DNA of 29,469 bases from Pseudobdellovibrionaceae bacterium. Lineage in GTDB: Bacteria; Bdellovibrionota; Bdellovibrionia; Bdellovibrionales; Bdellovibrionaceae. The stretch lies in assembly GCA_039810425.1 (NCBI GenBank), contig JBDHWW010000037.1, forward strand, positions 1 through 29,469, written 5' to 3'. How positions within the stretch are numbered: position 1 is the first letter of the stretch; the number at the start of each line of letters is the position of its first letter. Below the pieces are notes generated by a model. That model was not told where the DNA came from and made no database searches. It saw only the letters and a list, made by a program, of their open reading frames with translations. The position numbers were made by a program, and so were the translations under genes. This document shows, in pieces, positions 28,871 to 29,469 of the stretch.

Positions 28871-28900
28871 TAGACGAAAAATCCCCCTCTTTGGTAGATT
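28871..28900 (+). promoter_or_regulatory. Putative sigma-70 promoter for the second tRNA
   Basis: TAGACG-N18-TAGATT with extended -10 TG and an AT-rich upstream tract, 21 nt before the tRNA. Confidence 0.5.
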
Positions 28901-28921
28901 GTCTACTGCTCGAAAAAAAAT

Positions 28922-29006
28922 GCGTCAGTGGCGGAATTGGTATACGCGCACGTTTGAGGGGCGTGTTCCTAACGGATTGTGGGTTCGAGTCCCACCTGAC
29001 GCACCA
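28922..29006 (+). tRNA. tRNA-Leu(GAG), complete, CCA encoded
   Basis: Acceptor GCGTCAG/CTGACGC, A73, CCA; D-loop GG; anticodon arm CACGT-TTGAGGG-GCGTG; long variable arm; GTGGG-TTCGAGT-CCCAC. Confidence 0.96.
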
Positions 29007-29399
29007 TTTATCATTTTCTTTCATTTGCACTAATACGGCGAACGGCTTTTTCAAGTTAAATTGAATATTTAGTCCATCTAAAATCGGGTTAGAAAGTAGC
29101 TTATCAAGCAGGTTTCGTCTTTCTTCGGGTGTGCTTTCTTTCCATAATGATTTAGCTGACTTGCCCAGTTCTAAAACGGATTTCGCCGTTTCCATCACGG
29201 CGGAAGTTAAGCCCTTTTGAAGCGTTTCTAATTGGTCAGTAAGGTCATCGCGGTTTGAACGAATACGCGCCAACTGCTTATCAAAATCCGTTTGCGCTAT
29301 ATGGCCCTGCAAACGCATATCAAAGAGTTTGTTCTCAAAGCCTTGCAGTTCCTGCTCCTTCGCCTTGAACTCCGCCATTTGCATTTCTGTGGCTTGCCC

Positions 29400-29469
29400 T
29401 CTAAGTCACTATGGTCGAAGCACGCACTAATCCATTGAACAACCAGCGGAGCTGTCCTTACTCGACGAA
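29400..29469 (+). mobile_element. Possible non-coding left end of an IS110-family element interrupting the recombinase
   Basis: Coding character ends near 29398-29405; CTCT at the junction, TATGGT -10-like box at 29410-29415, then GCACGCACTAATCCATTGAACAACCAGCGGAGCTGTCC, which I recall as resembling IS110 leader regions (unverified recollection). Confidence 0.4.

Larger units (their letters stand above)
28848..29384 (-). pseudogene. C-terminal fragment of a probable large serine recombinase (integrase)
   Basis: Coiled coil, then A..LW....EERR.LL..L.SN..LDG......KKPF, which resembles LSR C-termini; reads antisense through the tRNA (WDSNP); frame closed by TGA 8 codons upstream of ATG 29384, so the catalytic N-terminus is not attached. 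Confidence 0.6.
28816..29469. mobile_element. Left end of an integrative element/genomic island inserted in tRNA-Leu(GAG)
   Basis: Abrupt GC drop (31/105 G+C in 28816-28920), broken tRNA at the junction, a second tRNA, and a recombinase-like ORF pointing at the junction. Confidence 0.8.

Noticed and set aside
28792..28945. Repeated TTGGTA(G/T)A motifs (28792, 28861, 28867, 28891, 28937) as a mini CRISPR or repeat array
   Set aside because: Only 6-9 nt and irregularly spaced; explained by two tRNA D-loops and the -35/-10 boxes; no cas genes
28777..29006. Split tRNA or intron-containing tRNA, or simple 5'-replacement repair
   Set aside because: The downstream tRNA is complete by itself, the fragment's acceptor strand cannot pair with its 3' strand, and the ~106-nt spacer has no group I/II intron features
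28861..29064. 67-aa plus-strand ORF
   Set aside because: It is a translation of the tRNA and its promoter
29397..29404. Minus-strand TTAGAGGG at the recombinase break, resembling the TTGAGGG core
   Set aside because: Short and imperfect; no other att or tRNA sequence nearby

Overview
A ~50% GC bacterial chromosome segment that looks like Bdellovibrionota (inferred from gene content and many short secreted hypothetical proteins; not verified). Most of it is housekeeping: tatA, a GDPD, an AsmA-like protein, greA, a DHH/NrnA phosphoesterase, two BFD-like [2Fe-2S] proteins, pcp, gloB, a TIGR01777-SRPBCC fusion, an ABC1/UbiB kinase, a hybrid sensor kinase with degenerate ATP-binding boxes, ctaA, a LON-N domain protein, a NUDIX hydrolase, a YoaK/Na-Pi/DMT transporter trio, and queA-tgt-yajC-secD-secF-recJ-queC-DUF366. 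Three things are not shown by the ORF track. (1) At the right end the resident tRNA-Leu(GAG) is cut just after its anticodon loop. It is followed by AT-rich DNA carrying a promoter and a complete tRNA-Leu(GAG) of different sequence, overlapped antisense by the 3' end of a large-serine-recombinase-like gene that is itself interrupted, possibly by an IS110-family end. (2) Upstream of queA is an unannotated ~360-nt minus-strand transcript with repeated GGA-loop hairpins, a 50-aa membrane peptide ORF and a terminator. (3) Three genes (rimK, DNA photolyase, a DCC oxidoreductase) have lost their middles but kept end segments. All family calls are by motif recognition; no searches were run.
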